From Chlamydiia bacterium (lineage in GTDB: Bacteria > Chlamydiota > Chlamydiia > Chlamydiales > Parachlamydiaceae): DNA of 39,986 nt. Where the stretch lies: the NCBI GenBank assembly GCA_038257035.1, contig JBBSJT010000006.1, positions 1 through 39,986 of the forward strand. Direction: 5' to 3'. Shown here piece after piece: positions 1 to 9,514 of this stretch; the stretch's first letter is position 1, and every line of letters starts with the position of its first letter. A program made the translations under genes and the position numbers. The notes under the pieces were generated by a model that did no database searches, was not told the origin of the DNA, and was given only the letters and a program-made list of their open reading frames with translations.

Positions 1-389
1 TCTTCCAAGGCAAGATAAATATCTGCTGTCAAAAGAATAATTTTATCATTTTTATCCGGAATTTTTTCCAAAAGCGATAAAGATTCATTATATTTTTTTT
101 CATAATAAAAAAGTTCTGCGATTTCAAATTGAAGAATATTTGAATTTGGTCCTTCGCTCAAAAGCTTTTGGTATTGAACCATGGATTCTTGATAACGACC
201 AAGGTTTTTTAACAACCTAGCATATTCCAAGCGTGCATCCAGGTCTGTTATTTCCTTATTTAATGAATTGTTTTTCACAACCTCTTTAGCTTTAAGGTCT
301 TCTATGTAAATTACATTTAAACTTAAAAATAAAAAGATGAATAAATATAATTTGGTTTTTTTTAAATTATTTTGTTTTGTTGTTTTCAT
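1..389 (-). CDS. TPR-repeat protein with N-terminal hydrophobic segment (partial; runs off the window start)
   Basis: Manual translation from ATG at 389: MKTTKQNNLKKTKLYLFIFLFLSLNVIYIEDLKAKEVVKNNSLNKEITDLDARLEYARLLKNLGRYQESMVQYQKLLSEGPNSNILQFEIAELFYYEKKYNESLSLLEKIP..., open to position 1. TPR-like helices. Overlaps the end of the 367..786 gene. Not in the ORF track. Confidence 0.8.
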   Translation of the reverse strand, partial: MKTTKQNNLKKTKLYLFIFLFLSLNVIYIEDLKAKEVVKNNSLNKEITDLDARLEYARLLKNLGRYQESMVQYQKLLSEGPNSNILQFEIAELFYYEKKYNESLSLLEKIPDKNDKIILLTADIYLALE

Positions 390-786
390 GATTAGTCTCA
401 AATATTTTTTTATATTCAATTTCAGCCTCGTCAAAATTGCCTACCCAAGTTAAAGTTTTAGCTAGCTCTAAACGAGTGTTGGAGTCATTTGGATTTGTTA
501 AAAGGTATTGCCTGTAAAAAGGAATTGCTTCATTAAATTGACCCATTACAACATAGGCTCCTGCCAGCTTTAAGTTTGCTCTTGAGGGGGTTAATCCGGC
601 TTTCAAACTTTCATTATATAAATCAATAGCTGCGGCATATTCTTTTGCATGATATTTATTTTCAGCTTTTCGAAATAAAATCCACTGGGGTTGTGTTAGA
701 TGATATAAAATTATTGTTGCAATGATAGTAATCAAAACCATTGTAAAGTAAATAATGTTTTGTTTTGTGTTAATCGATAGATTCAT
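367..786 (-). CDS. membrane-anchored TPR protein
   Basis: N-terminal TM segment, then TPR motifs (LAGAYVVMGQFNEAIPFYRQYLLTNPNDSNTRLELAKTLTWVGNFDEAEIEYKKI). Confidence 0.8.
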   Translation of the reverse strand: MNLSINTKQNIIYFTMVLITIIATIILYHLTQPQWILFRKAENKYHAKEYAAAIDLYNESLKAGLTPSRANLKLAGAYVVMGQFNEAIPFYRQYLLTNPNDSNTRLELAKTLTWVGNFDEAEIEYKKIFETNHENNKTK

Positions 787-799
787 GTTATGAAATTAT

Positions 800-1240
800 T
801 TACTTTTTTTTTAAAAATTTTTTCATTAAAAATTTGTTTTTTCCATCAATTGTATGTTTTGTTACTTCGTCCATAATACGATGAATGATAAATAGACCCA
901 TTCCGTCCTCAGGAATCGATTCAATATCGTTTTTATCAAATTCTAAATCATGACTTGGCAAAGAATATTTAACTTCATCTCCTGAATCAGTCACATGGAA
1001 AATGATTGCATCTTCTTCAAGCATCACATCCACTTCAATTCCATGATTTGGCTGATGATGATACGAATGCTCAATTATATTAATGACTGTTTCAAAAATG
1101 CACAGTTCTAAGCTATAAAGAAGGATCTCATCTTCTGAAACAGTATTACAAATAGATCTGACAGCTTTTGATAATAAAGGGACAAGAGATTTTTTACTTT
1201 CAATGATAAGTTTAATGTCTTTTGAATTATTAGTATTCAT
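800..1240 (-). CDS. rsbW: anti-sigma factor / serine kinase, RsbW-like (HATPase_c fold)
   Basis: N-box ETVINIIEHSY, D-x-G (VTDSG), G-box EDGMGLFIIHRIMDEV; adjacent to STAS and PP2C genes. Confidence 0.85.
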   Translation of the reverse strand: MNTNNSKDIKLIIESKKSLVPLLSKAVRSICNTVSEDEILLYSLELCIFETVINIIEHSYHHQPNHGIEVDVMLEEDAIIFHVTDSGDEVKYSLPSHDLEFDKNDIESIPEDGMGLFIIHRIMDEVTKHTIDGKNKFLMKKFLKKK

Positions 1241-1595
1241 AATGTTTCCTTTTTTTAATTAAAAAGGCCAAACATTCTTCTTCCTTTGAAAAGATGTTAA
1301 ATACTTGATCCATTCTAGTTATTTTAAATAAATTCAAAATAGGAGTTTTGACTTCACAAATTGCCATCAGGCCCCGTTTTAAAGAGAGTGTTTTTAAAAT
1401 GGAAACCAAAGCCCCAAGTCCACTACTGTCTATAAAATCAATTTCGTTGAAGTTAAAGATGATATACTTATTTTCTTCCTCGATCAGATCATATACTTTG
1501 CTTTTAAAAAAAGTGCTAACTGTTGCGTCAATATTTTTAATTAAGGGTTTTATAATGAGAATTCCGGAATCGTTTTTATTTATTTCAAAATTCAT
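1230..1595 (-). CDS. rsbV: STAS-domain anti-sigma factor antagonist, RsbV-like
   Basis: FIDSSGLGALV phosphoserine motif; LFKITRMDQVF C-terminal motif. Confidence 0.9.
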   Translation of the reverse strand: MNFEINKNDSGILIIKPLIKNIDATVSTFFKSKVYDLIEEENKYIIFNFNEIDFIDSSGLGALVSILKTLSLKRGLMAICEVKTPILNLFKITRMDQVFNIFSKEEECLAFLIKKRKHYEY

Positions 1596-2811
1596 AATCC
1601 ACCTTTTTTTTAAATTCGAATCCGATCAGGCTAATATCATCTTGATATGCAACTTGATTGGCAAATGACATAAACGATCCATGAACTTCATCAATTATAT
1701 TTTTGACAGATTTATGCTTTATACTTTCTAGTAAGTTAAAAAGTCTATTTTGTCCATAACATTCTCCGTCTTGATTTCTTACTTCAACGACCCCATCCGT
1801 GTATAAAAAAATCTTGTCACCATCTTCCAGCGTTTCAAATCCTTCATCAAAAACTTGTAAGTGTTTATGATTTACATCATGTGTTAAGGGTGTATTATCA
1901 TCTCGTGTTTTGAGATTTAGCCCAATCATTATTCCTCCTTTATCAAGTACTTTGAAAATTTGATTCTTTTTTAAAATAATAGCAGGAGGATGCCCTGCAG
2001 ATGAGTAAATCAAATTGCCTGAGCTCTGATCAAGGATAAGATAAAAAATAGTAAAATATCTATCAAACCGCTCTATTGGGAATTCTAAATCAAGCAGTTT
2101 AAGCACTTCTTTTGGCGAAAGTAAAGGATTTGTAATTGTGTTTATTTGATTTAAAAATTGAGAGATGGCAATGGTGACAAGAGCTGATGGAACGTCGTGG
2201 CCACTCACATCAGCAATATAAAAAACGGCTTTTTCATTCTCATATTGAACAGCATTGAAAAAGTCCCCGCCGATTGTGTTAAGTGGCATCCAAATGTAGG
2301 ACATTATAAGGTTTTGCAAATTTAAATTCAAAGGAGGCAGAAAACTTTTCTGGATGATCGAGGCTGTATGAAGATCATCATTTAAAGACTTTTGTTTTTG
2401 AACTAGCTCTTCATTTGTTTTTTTTAAAGATTGTGTTAGATTTTTAATTTCCAAGTGAATGTTAACCCTTGCTAAAAGTTCTCCTCGATCGATAATCCTG
2501 TTTATAAAATCGACACCACCGCATTTAAGTCCCTCAATTTTGTCTTTTGGTGATGTTAGAGAAGAAAAAAAAATAACAGGGATGTCCGAAGTGAGCGGTT
2601 CAATTTTTAATTGCCTGCAGGTTTCAAAGCCGTCCATTTCAGGCATAACTATATCAAGCAATATAAGATCGGGTTTTTTTTCGATTGCCATCTGAATGCC
2701 ATTTTTACCATTTGAAGCCTCAATGGTATCATATCCTGCTGCTTCTAAAATAATTTGGTTGAGTTGTCGGATATCTTGATCATCATTGATGATTAGAATT
2801 TTATTCTTCAT
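1585..2811 (-). CDS. response regulator receiver + SpoIIE/PP2C serine phosphatase (RsbU/RsbY-like)
   Basis: REC domain (KPDLILLDIVMPEMDG), coiled coil, PP2C motifs IGGDFF, ADVSGH, SAGHPP, YTDGVVE, QDDIS. Confidence 0.92.
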   Translation of the reverse strand: MKNKILIINDDQDIRQLNQIILEAAGYDTIEASNGKNGIQMAIEKKPDLILLDIVMPEMDGFETCRQLKIEPLTSDIPVIFFSSLTSPKDKIEGLKCGGVDFINRIIDRGELLARVNIHLEIKNLTQSLKKTNEELVQKQKSLNDDLHTASIIQKSFLPPLNLNLQNLIMSYIWMPLNTIGGDFFNAVQYENEKAVFYIADVSGHDVPSALVTIAISQFLNQINTITNPLLSPKEVLKLLDLEFPIERFDRYFTIFYLILDQSSGNLIYSSAGHPPAIILKKNQIFKVLDKGGIMIGLNLKTRDDNTPLTHDVNHKHLQVFDEGFETLEDGDKIFLYTDGVVEVRNQDGECYGQNRLFNLLESIKHKSVKNIIDEVHGSFMSFANQVAYQDDISLIGFEFKKKVDYEF

Positions 2812-2934
2812 CTTGTGTCCCTTGGTTTTTTCAACGATCTAATTTGAACTGCTTTGAGTAAATCACCTCTTTGGACGGAATCTAACATGATGCAATTGCA
2901 CATTCAAGTAAATTTTAAAAAGGATAACAAACTA

Positions 2935-2963
2935 TTGCAAAAATAATCATTTAATTGCATGAT
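2935..2963 (+). promoter_or_regulatory. putative sigma70/sigma66 promoter of znuACB
   Basis: TTGCAA-N17-CATGAT. It overlaps the first ATG (2959), which favours the downstream ATG 2992 as the znuA start. Confidence 0.35.
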
Positions 2964-2991
2964 AGCCATAAAAAATAGATGGTTTTTAAAA

Positions 2992-3900
2992 ATGTTAAAC
3001 TTTTTTCCTAAAGGTTGGTTATTGTCTCGTTTACCCCTTCTTCTTTTAATTTGTTTTTTTCTAAATTGCTTTACTTTCAAGAGTTCATATCTAGAATCAA
3101 AAGAAAATAATGTACGATCCAATTACGTTCTAGTCAGTGTTGCTCCTCATCGTTTTTTTGTCGAAAAAATAGCTGCAGATACAATTAAAGTGGGTCTTAT
3201 GGTACCGGCTGGTGCAAGCGCCCATACTTATGAACCGACACCAAAGCAGACAATGGCAGCAGCAAAGGCAGATATTTGGTTTAGAATAGGTGAAAGCTTT
3301 GAAACAAAAGCGCTTAACGCTTTAACATGCCATAATATGTTTCTTAAGGTTGTGGATTTGAGAGACAACTTGGACTTGATCACCGACAAAACGCACATTT
3401 GCTCCCATCATAAAAATGGTTCGGAAGATCTTCATTTTTGGCTTAGCCCAAAACTTGCTAAAATTCAGGCCGATACTATTGCGAATGCTTTAATTGCAAC
3501 TTATCCTGAACATCGCGAACTCTACTTAAAGAACTTAAAGGTTTTCAAAAACGACCTTGACGCCATTGATTTAGAAATTGCAGATCAGCTAAAAAATTTA
3601 AAAAATCGTACGATCATGGTTTCACATCCGGCCTATGGCTACTTTGTAAGGGATTACGGATTAAAACAATTCTCCATAGAATTTGAAGGCAAAGATCCAA
3701 CGCCAAAGCTACTTACAAGAATATTGGAAGAAGCTCGAAAAGAAAATATTAAAATAATTTTTACGCAACCTCAATACAGTGATAAGGGTTCTCTTTTGAT
3801 TGCAGAACAAATTGGGGCAAAAGTTGTTAGCTTAAATCCTTATTCTGAAAACTACTTCGAGTCTCTTCTTACGATTACAAAACAAATTGCTGATCAATAG
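2992..3900 (+). CDS. znuA: Zn/Mn ABC transporter substrate-binding protein
   Basis: GASAHTYEPTP, DLHFWLSP and HPAYGYF motifs, short His-rich loop; start uncertain (2959 or 2992). Confidence 0.9.
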   Translation: MLNFFPKGWLLSRLPLLLLICFFLNCFTFKSSYLESKENNVRSNYVLVSVAPHRFFVEKIAADTIKVGLMVPAGASAHTYEPTPKQTMAAAKADIWFRIGESFETKALNALTCHNMFLKVVDLRDNLDLITDKTHICSHHKNGSEDLHFWLSPKLAKIQADTIANALIATYPEHRELYLKNLKVFKNDLDAIDLEIADQLKNLKNRTIMVSHPAYGYFVRDYGLKQFSIEFEGKDPTPKLLTRILEEARKENIKIIFTQPQYSDKGSLLIAEQIGAKVVSLNPYSENYFESLLTITKQIADQ

Positions 3901-3925
3901 CTTTAAAAACTTGAATTAAGAAGAT

Positions 3926-4648
3926 ATGAAAAAATCTGTTGTAAACTTTGAGCATGTTAATTTTTCTTATCAGGATACTCCTGTTTTAAGAGATGTTTCT
4001 TTTACTGTCCAAGAAAAGGAATTTGTTGGAATCATTGGCCCTAATGGGGGTGGAAAGACCACTATGCTAAAACTCATTATGGGATTTTTAAAACCTAATT
4101 CCGGAAAAATTCAGGTCTTTGACAAATCTCCAAAGAATGCCTTAAGCTCAATTGCTTATGTTCCTCAAACAGCACGTTTTGATAAACAATTTCCAATTTC
4201 TGTGATGGAGCTTGTTTTGTCAGGGCGTTTGTCTACTCTTGCTTGGCACGGACAATATAGTAGCCTCGATAAAGCAAAGGCTCTGGATGCTCTAAGCAAA
4301 GTTTCACTTTTAGACTTAAAGAATCAGGCTTTTGGTATGCTTTCAGGTGGACAAGCGCAACGCGCTTTAATTGCAAGGGCTATTGTTTCAGAGCCAAAAT
4401 TATTATTACTGGATGAGCCAACGGCAAGTGTCGATGCTCAGGCAGAAGCTGATATCTATAATATTTTGACAAGCTTAAATGAGCAGATGACCATCATGAT
4501 GGTGACTCATGACTTAGGAGCCGTTGTCAATAAACTCGATAAAGTTATTTTAGTCCAAGGGGCTGTTACAACACTCACTCCAAAAGAAGTTTGCGAGCAT
4601 TTTGCCGTAGGTCTTTATCATGGCCCATTAATTAAGATAAATAATTAA
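3926..4648 (+). CDS. znuC: Zn/Mn ABC transporter ATP-binding protein
   Basis: Walker A GPNGGGKT, LSGGQ signature, LLLLDEP, VTHD. Confidence 0.92.
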   Translation: MKKSVVNFEHVNFSYQDTPVLRDVSFTVQEKEFVGIIGPNGGGKTTMLKLIMGFLKPNSGKIQVFDKSPKNALSSIAYVPQTARFDKQFPISVMELVLSGRLSTLAWHGQYSSLDKAKALDALSKVSLLDLKNQAFGMLSGGQAQRALIARAIVSEPKLLLLDEPTASVDAQAEADIYNILTSLNEQMTIMMVTHDLGAVVNKLDKVILVQGAVTTLTPKEVCEHFAVGLYHGPLIKINN

Positions 4649-4664
4649 GATAAAGGATTGATGC

Positions 4665-5501
4665 ATGTTTTCTTTTTTTGAGGCTTTACGAACAAACCCC
4701 TTACTTTTATCTGCCTTGCTTGCAGGATTAGCCGCCTCAGTGGTGAGTGGAATTATTGGTGCTTATGTGGTCGTTAAGCGCATTGTTTTTATATGTGGCA
4801 GTATTGCCCATTCAGTTCTTGGAGGCATAGGTTTTTGCCTTTGGCTTGAAAGATCAAAAGGTGTGGCATGGGCAACTCCATTGCTCGGCGCTTTAGTTTC
4901 TGCCGTTTTATCAGCCCTTTTAATTGGATGGATACGCATTTACTATAAGCAACGCGAAGATTCTGTGATTGCAGCTTTATGGTCTGTCGGAATGGCAGCG
5001 GGGGTTTTATTTATTTCAGAAACTCCCGGATTTAATGTCGAATTGACCAATTTTTTGATTGGAAATATATTGTGGGTTTCAAATACTGATCTTTATATCT
5101 TATTTGGCTTAGATGTTACTGTTTTAATTTTGGTTGCCTGCCTGCATAAGAAATTTTTAGCGATTTGTTTTGATGAGGAGCAAGCGCGCCTTCAAGGATT
5201 ACATGTCAATGCACTTTATTTGCTGCTACTTGTGCTAACGGCCGTTTCCATTGTTTTACTTATTCAGGTGGTGGGCATTATTTTAGTGATGACCATGTTA
5301 ACTATACCTGCTGCAATTGCCAATTTGTACACTTATAAACTTTCGCACATGATGGCAATAGGCGTTGTGTTAAGCTCGATTTTTTGTCTTTTAGGGATGA
5401 TGACGGCTTATCATTTTGATTGGCCGGGAGGGGCAACAATTGCGCTCATTGCAGGCTTAAGCTATGTTGTGTTGCTTATGTTGCCGAAAAAAAGTTATTA
5501 A
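4665..5501 (+). CDS. znuB: Zn/Mn ABC transporter permease
   Basis: Multi-TM ABC-3 permease with IAHSVLGG and FDEEQARLQG motifs; third gene of the operon. Confidence 0.92.
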   Translation: MFSFFEALRTNPLLLSALLAGLAASVVSGIIGAYVVVKRIVFICGSIAHSVLGGIGFCLWLERSKGVAWATPLLGALVSAVLSALLIGWIRIYYKQREDSVIAALWSVGMAAGVLFISETPGFNVELTNFLIGNILWVSNTDLYILFGLDVTVLILVACLHKKFLAICFDEEQARLQGLHVNALYLLLLVLTAVSIVLLIQVVGIILVMTMLTIPAAIANLYTYKLSHMMAIGVVLSSIFCLLGMMTAYHFDWPGGATIALIAGLSYVVLLMLPKKSY

Positions 5502-5520
5502 GTGATATATAAGAAAAATA

Positions 5521-5607
5521 CGGAAAGGGAGGGATTCGAACCCTCGATACCCTCACGAGTATGCATCCTTAGCAGGGATGTGCTATCGGCCACTCAGCCA
5601 CCTTTCC
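5521..5607 (-). tRNA. tRNA-Ser (anticodon GCT)
   Basis: Reverse complement GGAAAGGTGGCTGAGTGGCCGATAGCA-CATCC-CT-GCT-AA-GGATG, long variable arm, GAGGGTTCGAATCCCTC-CCTTTCCG; CCA not encoded. Confidence 0.96.
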
Positions 5608-5684
5608 AGAACACGTTGAAAAAAAAGCTTAACTGATATTCCCATTTTTATGCAAGAAATTTAATGATTAAAGGAAAATAAATT

Positions 5685-6506
5685 TTGAATAACGATTTAC
5701 CTACGATGAATATGAATGGCAGTTTTATCCTGATGGATTCTCAAAATGATGCTGAACCTCAATTTGTTTTTCAAAATCTGCCAAAAGATGAGGGATGGTT
5801 ATATGAAATGGGGACAGGCCCTGCCATTGATAAAAAAGTTTATAGTTTTGTAAATACAAGTTATCAGTGTTTTAAGGGCTTAATTACCCCCTCATATCCA
5901 TACGAGCCAAGTCCAGACCCCTTCACTAAGAAGATGCAAGCAAGAGTAGCGAATCCCGGGTCCCAACTTGGAGGTTATGATATTTATCAATTTATTTCCG
6001 GTATTGAAAAATCACATAAGCTTAATCATCTTTCTTATTTTTATTTTCCCTATAGCATTAATAATTATACCTTTGAAGAAATTAAAACAAAAATTGATGA
6101 GCTTTCAAAAAATTTTAACCCTGATTTGCCGATAGTCATCCCAATCAATTTTGAAGGCTACGGATTTTTAGAAAGAAATCATATCGAAAGCATTATCATA
6201 AAAGATCGCGTTGTAGATTATTATGACTCGAAAGGAGCTTTAAGCGAGTTTAAAATTTTAAAATGCTCACGAACACTTCAAGACGTTTTAAATTATTGCC
6301 GTGAAAAGTTTAATTGTACTGCAATCGCTGAAAATTCTTATATTCACCAATACGATGCTCATAATTGCGGGGTATTTGTGTGTCGCCATATCTATTCAAA
6401 AATCTGTGAAAATCAGCTGATGGGTACTGTTACAGTCAAGGGGCCTCTGACTTACGAAATTCAAAATTTCAGGGAAACCATCAACAAAATCGCTTATACT
6501 TCGTAA
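5685..6506 (+). CDS. CE-clan (Ulp1/C48-like) cysteine protease; candidate deubiquitinase/deSUMOylase effector
   Basis: IVIPIN...NH(I)...YYDSKG...HQYDAHNCGVFV gives His-Asp-Gln-Cys in the CE-clan order; TTG start with AAGGA upstream. Confidence 0.72.
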   Translation: MNNDLPTMNMNGSFILMDSQNDAEPQFVFQNLPKDEGWLYEMGTGPAIDKKVYSFVNTSYQCFKGLITPSYPYEPSPDPFTKKMQARVANPGSQLGGYDIYQFISGIEKSHKLNHLSYFYFPYSINNYTFEEIKTKIDELSKNFNPDLPIVIPINFEGYGFLERNHIESIIIKDRVVDYYDSKGALSEFKILKCSRTLQDVLNYCREKFNCTAIAENSYIHQYDAHNCGVFVCRHIYSKICENQLMGTVTVKGPLTYEIQNFRETINKIAYTS

Positions 6507-6521
6507 ATATACCAGAGCGTG

Positions 6522-6572
6522 TTTTTTAACACGAGAGGACACGAGAGGAGCAAATGAGGGAAGTGAGAGACA
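6522..6572 (+). repeat. orphan arm of periodic intergenic repeat (T-tract + ACACGAGAGG x2 + degenerate units)
   Basis: ttttttaACACGAGAGG ACACGAGAGG agcaaatgagggaagtgagagaca between convergent genes; no clear mirror arm. Confidence 0.45.
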
Positions 6573-6663
6573 AATAACTCATGAAATTGTTTCAAATGCT
6601 CCTTTTGTGTAAGAAAAAGTATGTACGGGTCCTAGTTGAAAAAAAAAGGTCTGCTCGGTAGTG

Positions 6664-7623
6664 TTATAAACCGGATTGGAGAATGTCGTGCAGCCTGATG
6701 AGGCCGACAAGCTTCTTGCCATTTTCAAGAACGGGTAAAACGGTAATTGCTTTTTTCTGATCGATTTCCATGATTTTTAAGCCATCTACTGCAAGTTTTT
6801 CATGGTCAACCCATTTTGGATTGGCGGTCATAAGCTCTGCCATGGTTTTTTCAAGTACTTCTGCGCCATGATTTTGTAAAGAGCGTCTTAGGTCGCCATC
6901 TGTAAAAATACCTTGAAGATGATCTTCAGGGTTAACAATAAGCACACAGCCCGATTTTTTATCTGAAAGCTCGACAAGTACAGTCACAAGTTTGTCTTCT
7001 GGACTACAAAGGGGAAGATCCGCACCTTTCACCATTAAGTCTTTGACTTTGAGGTGAATACGTTTTCCAATACGACCTGCAGGATGATTTTCTGCAAATT
7101 GTTGTAAGGAAAATTGTTTCTTATTCATGAGTGCAACCGCCAAAAGATCACCAAAAATCATTTGAATGGTTGTAGAAATAGTTGGGGCCATATCAAAGGG
7201 ACAAAGTTCATTTTTGCAAGGCAGGTAAATAGTCAAATCAGAACCTTTTGCCAATCTGCTTACAAGATTAGAAACAATGGCAACGGTTTTAGCTTGTCTA
7301 TTTCTTAACGTCGGCAGTAAATTTAAAAGCTCGTCACTTTCACCGCTTTTACTAAATAGAAAAAAAACGTCCCTTTCTGTCACAATTCCAATGTCTCCAT
7401 GCAATGCATCAAGTGGTGAAATATAAAGGGCTCTTGTACCGGTGGATGTCAGTGTTTGTGCAATTTTTTTTGCAATAAGACCGCTCTTACCAACTCCTGT
7501 AAGAAATATAACTCCTTGATTTTCAAGGATAATTTCAAGCAAGAGTTCCATTTGCTTGGTATCGAATGTATCGAAAAAGTCGTTTAAACTTGTCCGTTCT
7601 TTTTTTATAAGTTCGTCTAACAT
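6664..7623 (-). CDS. kdsD: arabinose-5-phosphate isomerase (KpsF/GutQ family, SIS + CBS)
   Basis: TGVGKSGLIA, ALHGDIG, SKSGES, APTIST, HPAGRIGK, CBS GIFTDGDLRR. Confidence 0.95.
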   Translation of the reverse strand: MLDELIKKERTSLNDFFDTFDTKQMELLLEIILENQGVIFLTGVGKSGLIAKKIAQTLTSTGTRALYISPLDALHGDIGIVTERDVFFLFSKSGESDELLNLLPTLRNRQAKTVAIVSNLVSRLAKGSDLTIYLPCKNELCPFDMAPTISTTIQMIFGDLLAVALMNKKQFSLQQFAENHPAGRIGKRIHLKVKDLMVKGADLPLCSPEDKLVTVLVELSDKKSGCVLIVNPEDHLQGIFTDGDLRRSLQNHGAEVLEKTMAELMTANPKWVDHEKLAVDGLKIMEIDQKKAITVLPVLENGKKLVGLIRLHDILQSGL

Positions 7624-7690
7624 ATAATTAGATTTTAAATCAGAAAATGATTAATCTCAAGCTATAAGTTTTAATATAAAGGGGACGAAA

Positions 7691-9142
7691 ATGGCTCAAT
7701 CAAATATTCCAATTACAGTAGCATTCGGTGACGGAATCGGTCCTGAAATTATGAAAGCAACATTGGAAATTCTTAAAAGAGCCGGTGCACCTCTTGACAT
7801 TAGAACGGTCGAAGTCGGTGAAAAAGTTTATTTAAGGGGCGAATCTTCAGGAATTGAGGCCTCTACCTGGGAAACCATCCGTCAGACAAAAGCCTTTTTA
7901 AAAGCCCCTATGACAACTCCTCAAGGGGGTGGTTTTAAAAGTTTAAATGTCACAATCAGAACAAGCATGGGCCTTTATGCTAACGTCAGGCCTTGTATTT
8001 CTTATTTTCCATTCGTTCAAACAAAACATCCTAAAATGGATCTTGTGATTATCCGTGAAAATGAAGAAGATCTTTACACAGGAATTGAATACAGACAAAC
8101 ACCGGACACTTTCCATGCATTAAAAGTGATCACACGACCCGGATGTGAAAAAATTATTCATTATGCGTTTCAGTATGCAAGAGCAAACGGCAGAAAGAAA
8201 GTGACTTGTTTTACAAAAGACAACATATTGAAACTTTCAGATGGGCTGTTTCATAAAATTTTTGATGAGATTGCTCCACTCTACCCTGAAATTGAAACGG
8301 AGCATTGGATTGTTGATATTGGAGCTGCAAAACTTGCCGACACCCCTGAAAATTTTGATGTGGTCGTTTTAGCAAATCTTTACGGAGATATTTTATCTGA
8401 TGTTGCAGCTCAAATAGCAGGTTCAGTTGGCTTAGCCGGAAGTTCAAATATCGGGCAACACGGTGCCATGTTTGAGGCAATTCATGGGTCGGCCCCAAAA
8501 AGGGCAGGGCAAAACGTAGCTAATCCATCCGGACTTATTATGGCTTCAATCATGATGCTCGTGCATCTTGGCCTTGTCGATATCGCTTCTACAGTTCATA
8601 ATGCATGGCTTAAAACGATAGAAGACGGTGTTCATACTTATGATATTTTCAAAGAAGGGATTAGCAAACAAGTTGTTGGTACTCAAGAATTTGCGGAAGC
8701 AGTTATTGCAAGGCTGGGACAAAAGCCTGTTAAGTTAAAGCAAGCTCATTATCAGAAAAGTACGCAAGTCTTACATCATGAACTTAAAAACACAAGTCAA
8801 ATCAAAACAGAGATTGTAGGTGTTGATGTATTTGTGGAGCATAACAAGTCAGTCGATGAGCTTTACAAAAAAATAAATCCGTTCAGTAATGAAAGAATTC
8901 ATTTATCAATGATTGCCAATCGAGGCACAAAAGTTTGGCCAAACTCAATGAGTGAAACCTCATGCGGAGATAACTGGCGTTGCAGGTTTATTGTGAAAGA
9001 AAAACTATCAAATCTAAAGATTCAAGAAATTGTTGAATTACTAGAAAAATTTGCAAAGTCGGGCCTTGAATTTAACCAGACCGAGCTATTAAAAACCTAT
9101 GATGGGACACCAGGCTACACCTTAAGCCAAGACGAGCAATAA
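7691..9142 (+). CDS. icd: NADP-dependent isocitrate dehydrogenase (with C-terminal extension)
   Basis: GDGIGPEI, KAPMTTPQGGGFKSLNV, RENEEDLY, NLYGDILSD, FEAIHGSAP. Confidence 0.96.
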   Translation: MAQSNIPITVAFGDGIGPEIMKATLEILKRAGAPLDIRTVEVGEKVYLRGESSGIEASTWETIRQTKAFLKAPMTTPQGGGFKSLNVTIRTSMGLYANVRPCISYFPFVQTKHPKMDLVIIRENEEDLYTGIEYRQTPDTFHALKVITRPGCEKIIHYAFQYARANGRKKVTCFTKDNILKLSDGLFHKIFDEIAPLYPEIETEHWIVDIGAAKLADTPENFDVVVLANLYGDILSDVAAQIAGSVGLAGSSNIGQHGAMFEAIHGSAPKRAGQNVANPSGLIMASIMMLVHLGLVDIASTVHNAWLKTIEDGVHTYDIFKEGISKQVVGTQEFAEAVIARLGQKPVKLKQAHYQKSTQVLHHELKNTSQIKTEIVGVDVFVEHNKSVDELYKKINPFSNERIHLSMIANRGTKVWPNSMSETSCGDNWRCRFIVKEKLSNLKIQEIVELLEKFAKSGLEFNQTELLKTYDGTPGYTLSQDEQ

Positions 9143-9162
9143 CCGTCTTCTATATTGACCGC

Positions 9163-9199
9163 TTTTTTTGACACCGAGAGCACAGAGAAACAAGAGAGG
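9163..9199 (+). repeat. orphan arm of periodic repeat (T-tract + ACCGAGAGC ACAGAGAAA CAAGAGAGG)
   Basis: T7 tract followed by three 9-nt GAGA-containing units just downstream of icd. Confidence 0.4.
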
Positions 9200-9250
9200 T
9201 ACCATTATACTGGTGCTACCTGATAGAAAAAAAAATACCGTTTTTTTTAC

Positions 9251-9514
9251 CTTTTTTTACCGCGAAGACCGCGAAGAAGCGCAGCTTTGCTGCGGGAAGA
9301 AACGCGAAGAAGAAGGCATTCCAAAAGATATAAAATAAGACCCTTATTTAAAATTATTTTTGACAAAATAATTTTACTAATCATCCCCTTTGCATATTGC
9401 AAAGGGGAATTTCTAAATCTTTCTTGCTGATTTCTTCCCGCGCGACAGCGCGCCTCTTCGCGTATCTTCCCGCAGCAAAGCTGCGCTACTTCGCGGTCTT
9501 CGCGGTAAAAAAAG
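9251..9514. repeat. long inverted repeat element, CGCGAAG family (60-bp arms, 144-bp AT-rich spacer)
   Basis: Arms 9251-9310 and 9455-9514 are reverse complements with 2 mismatches. Outer AAATACCGTT/AACGGTATTT pair. Internal hairpin at 9384-9408. Confidence 0.93.
9384..9408. terminator. hairpin within the repeat spacer, possible terminator between convergent icd and gltT
   Basis: TCCCCTTTGCA-TAT-TGCAAAGGGGA, an 11-bp perfect stem. Confidence 0.45.

Noticed and set aside
5521..6506. tRNA-Ser as the integration site of an island carrying the protease
   Set aside because: The protease lies on the tRNA 5' side, I saw no duplicated tRNA 3' end, and no integrase is present.
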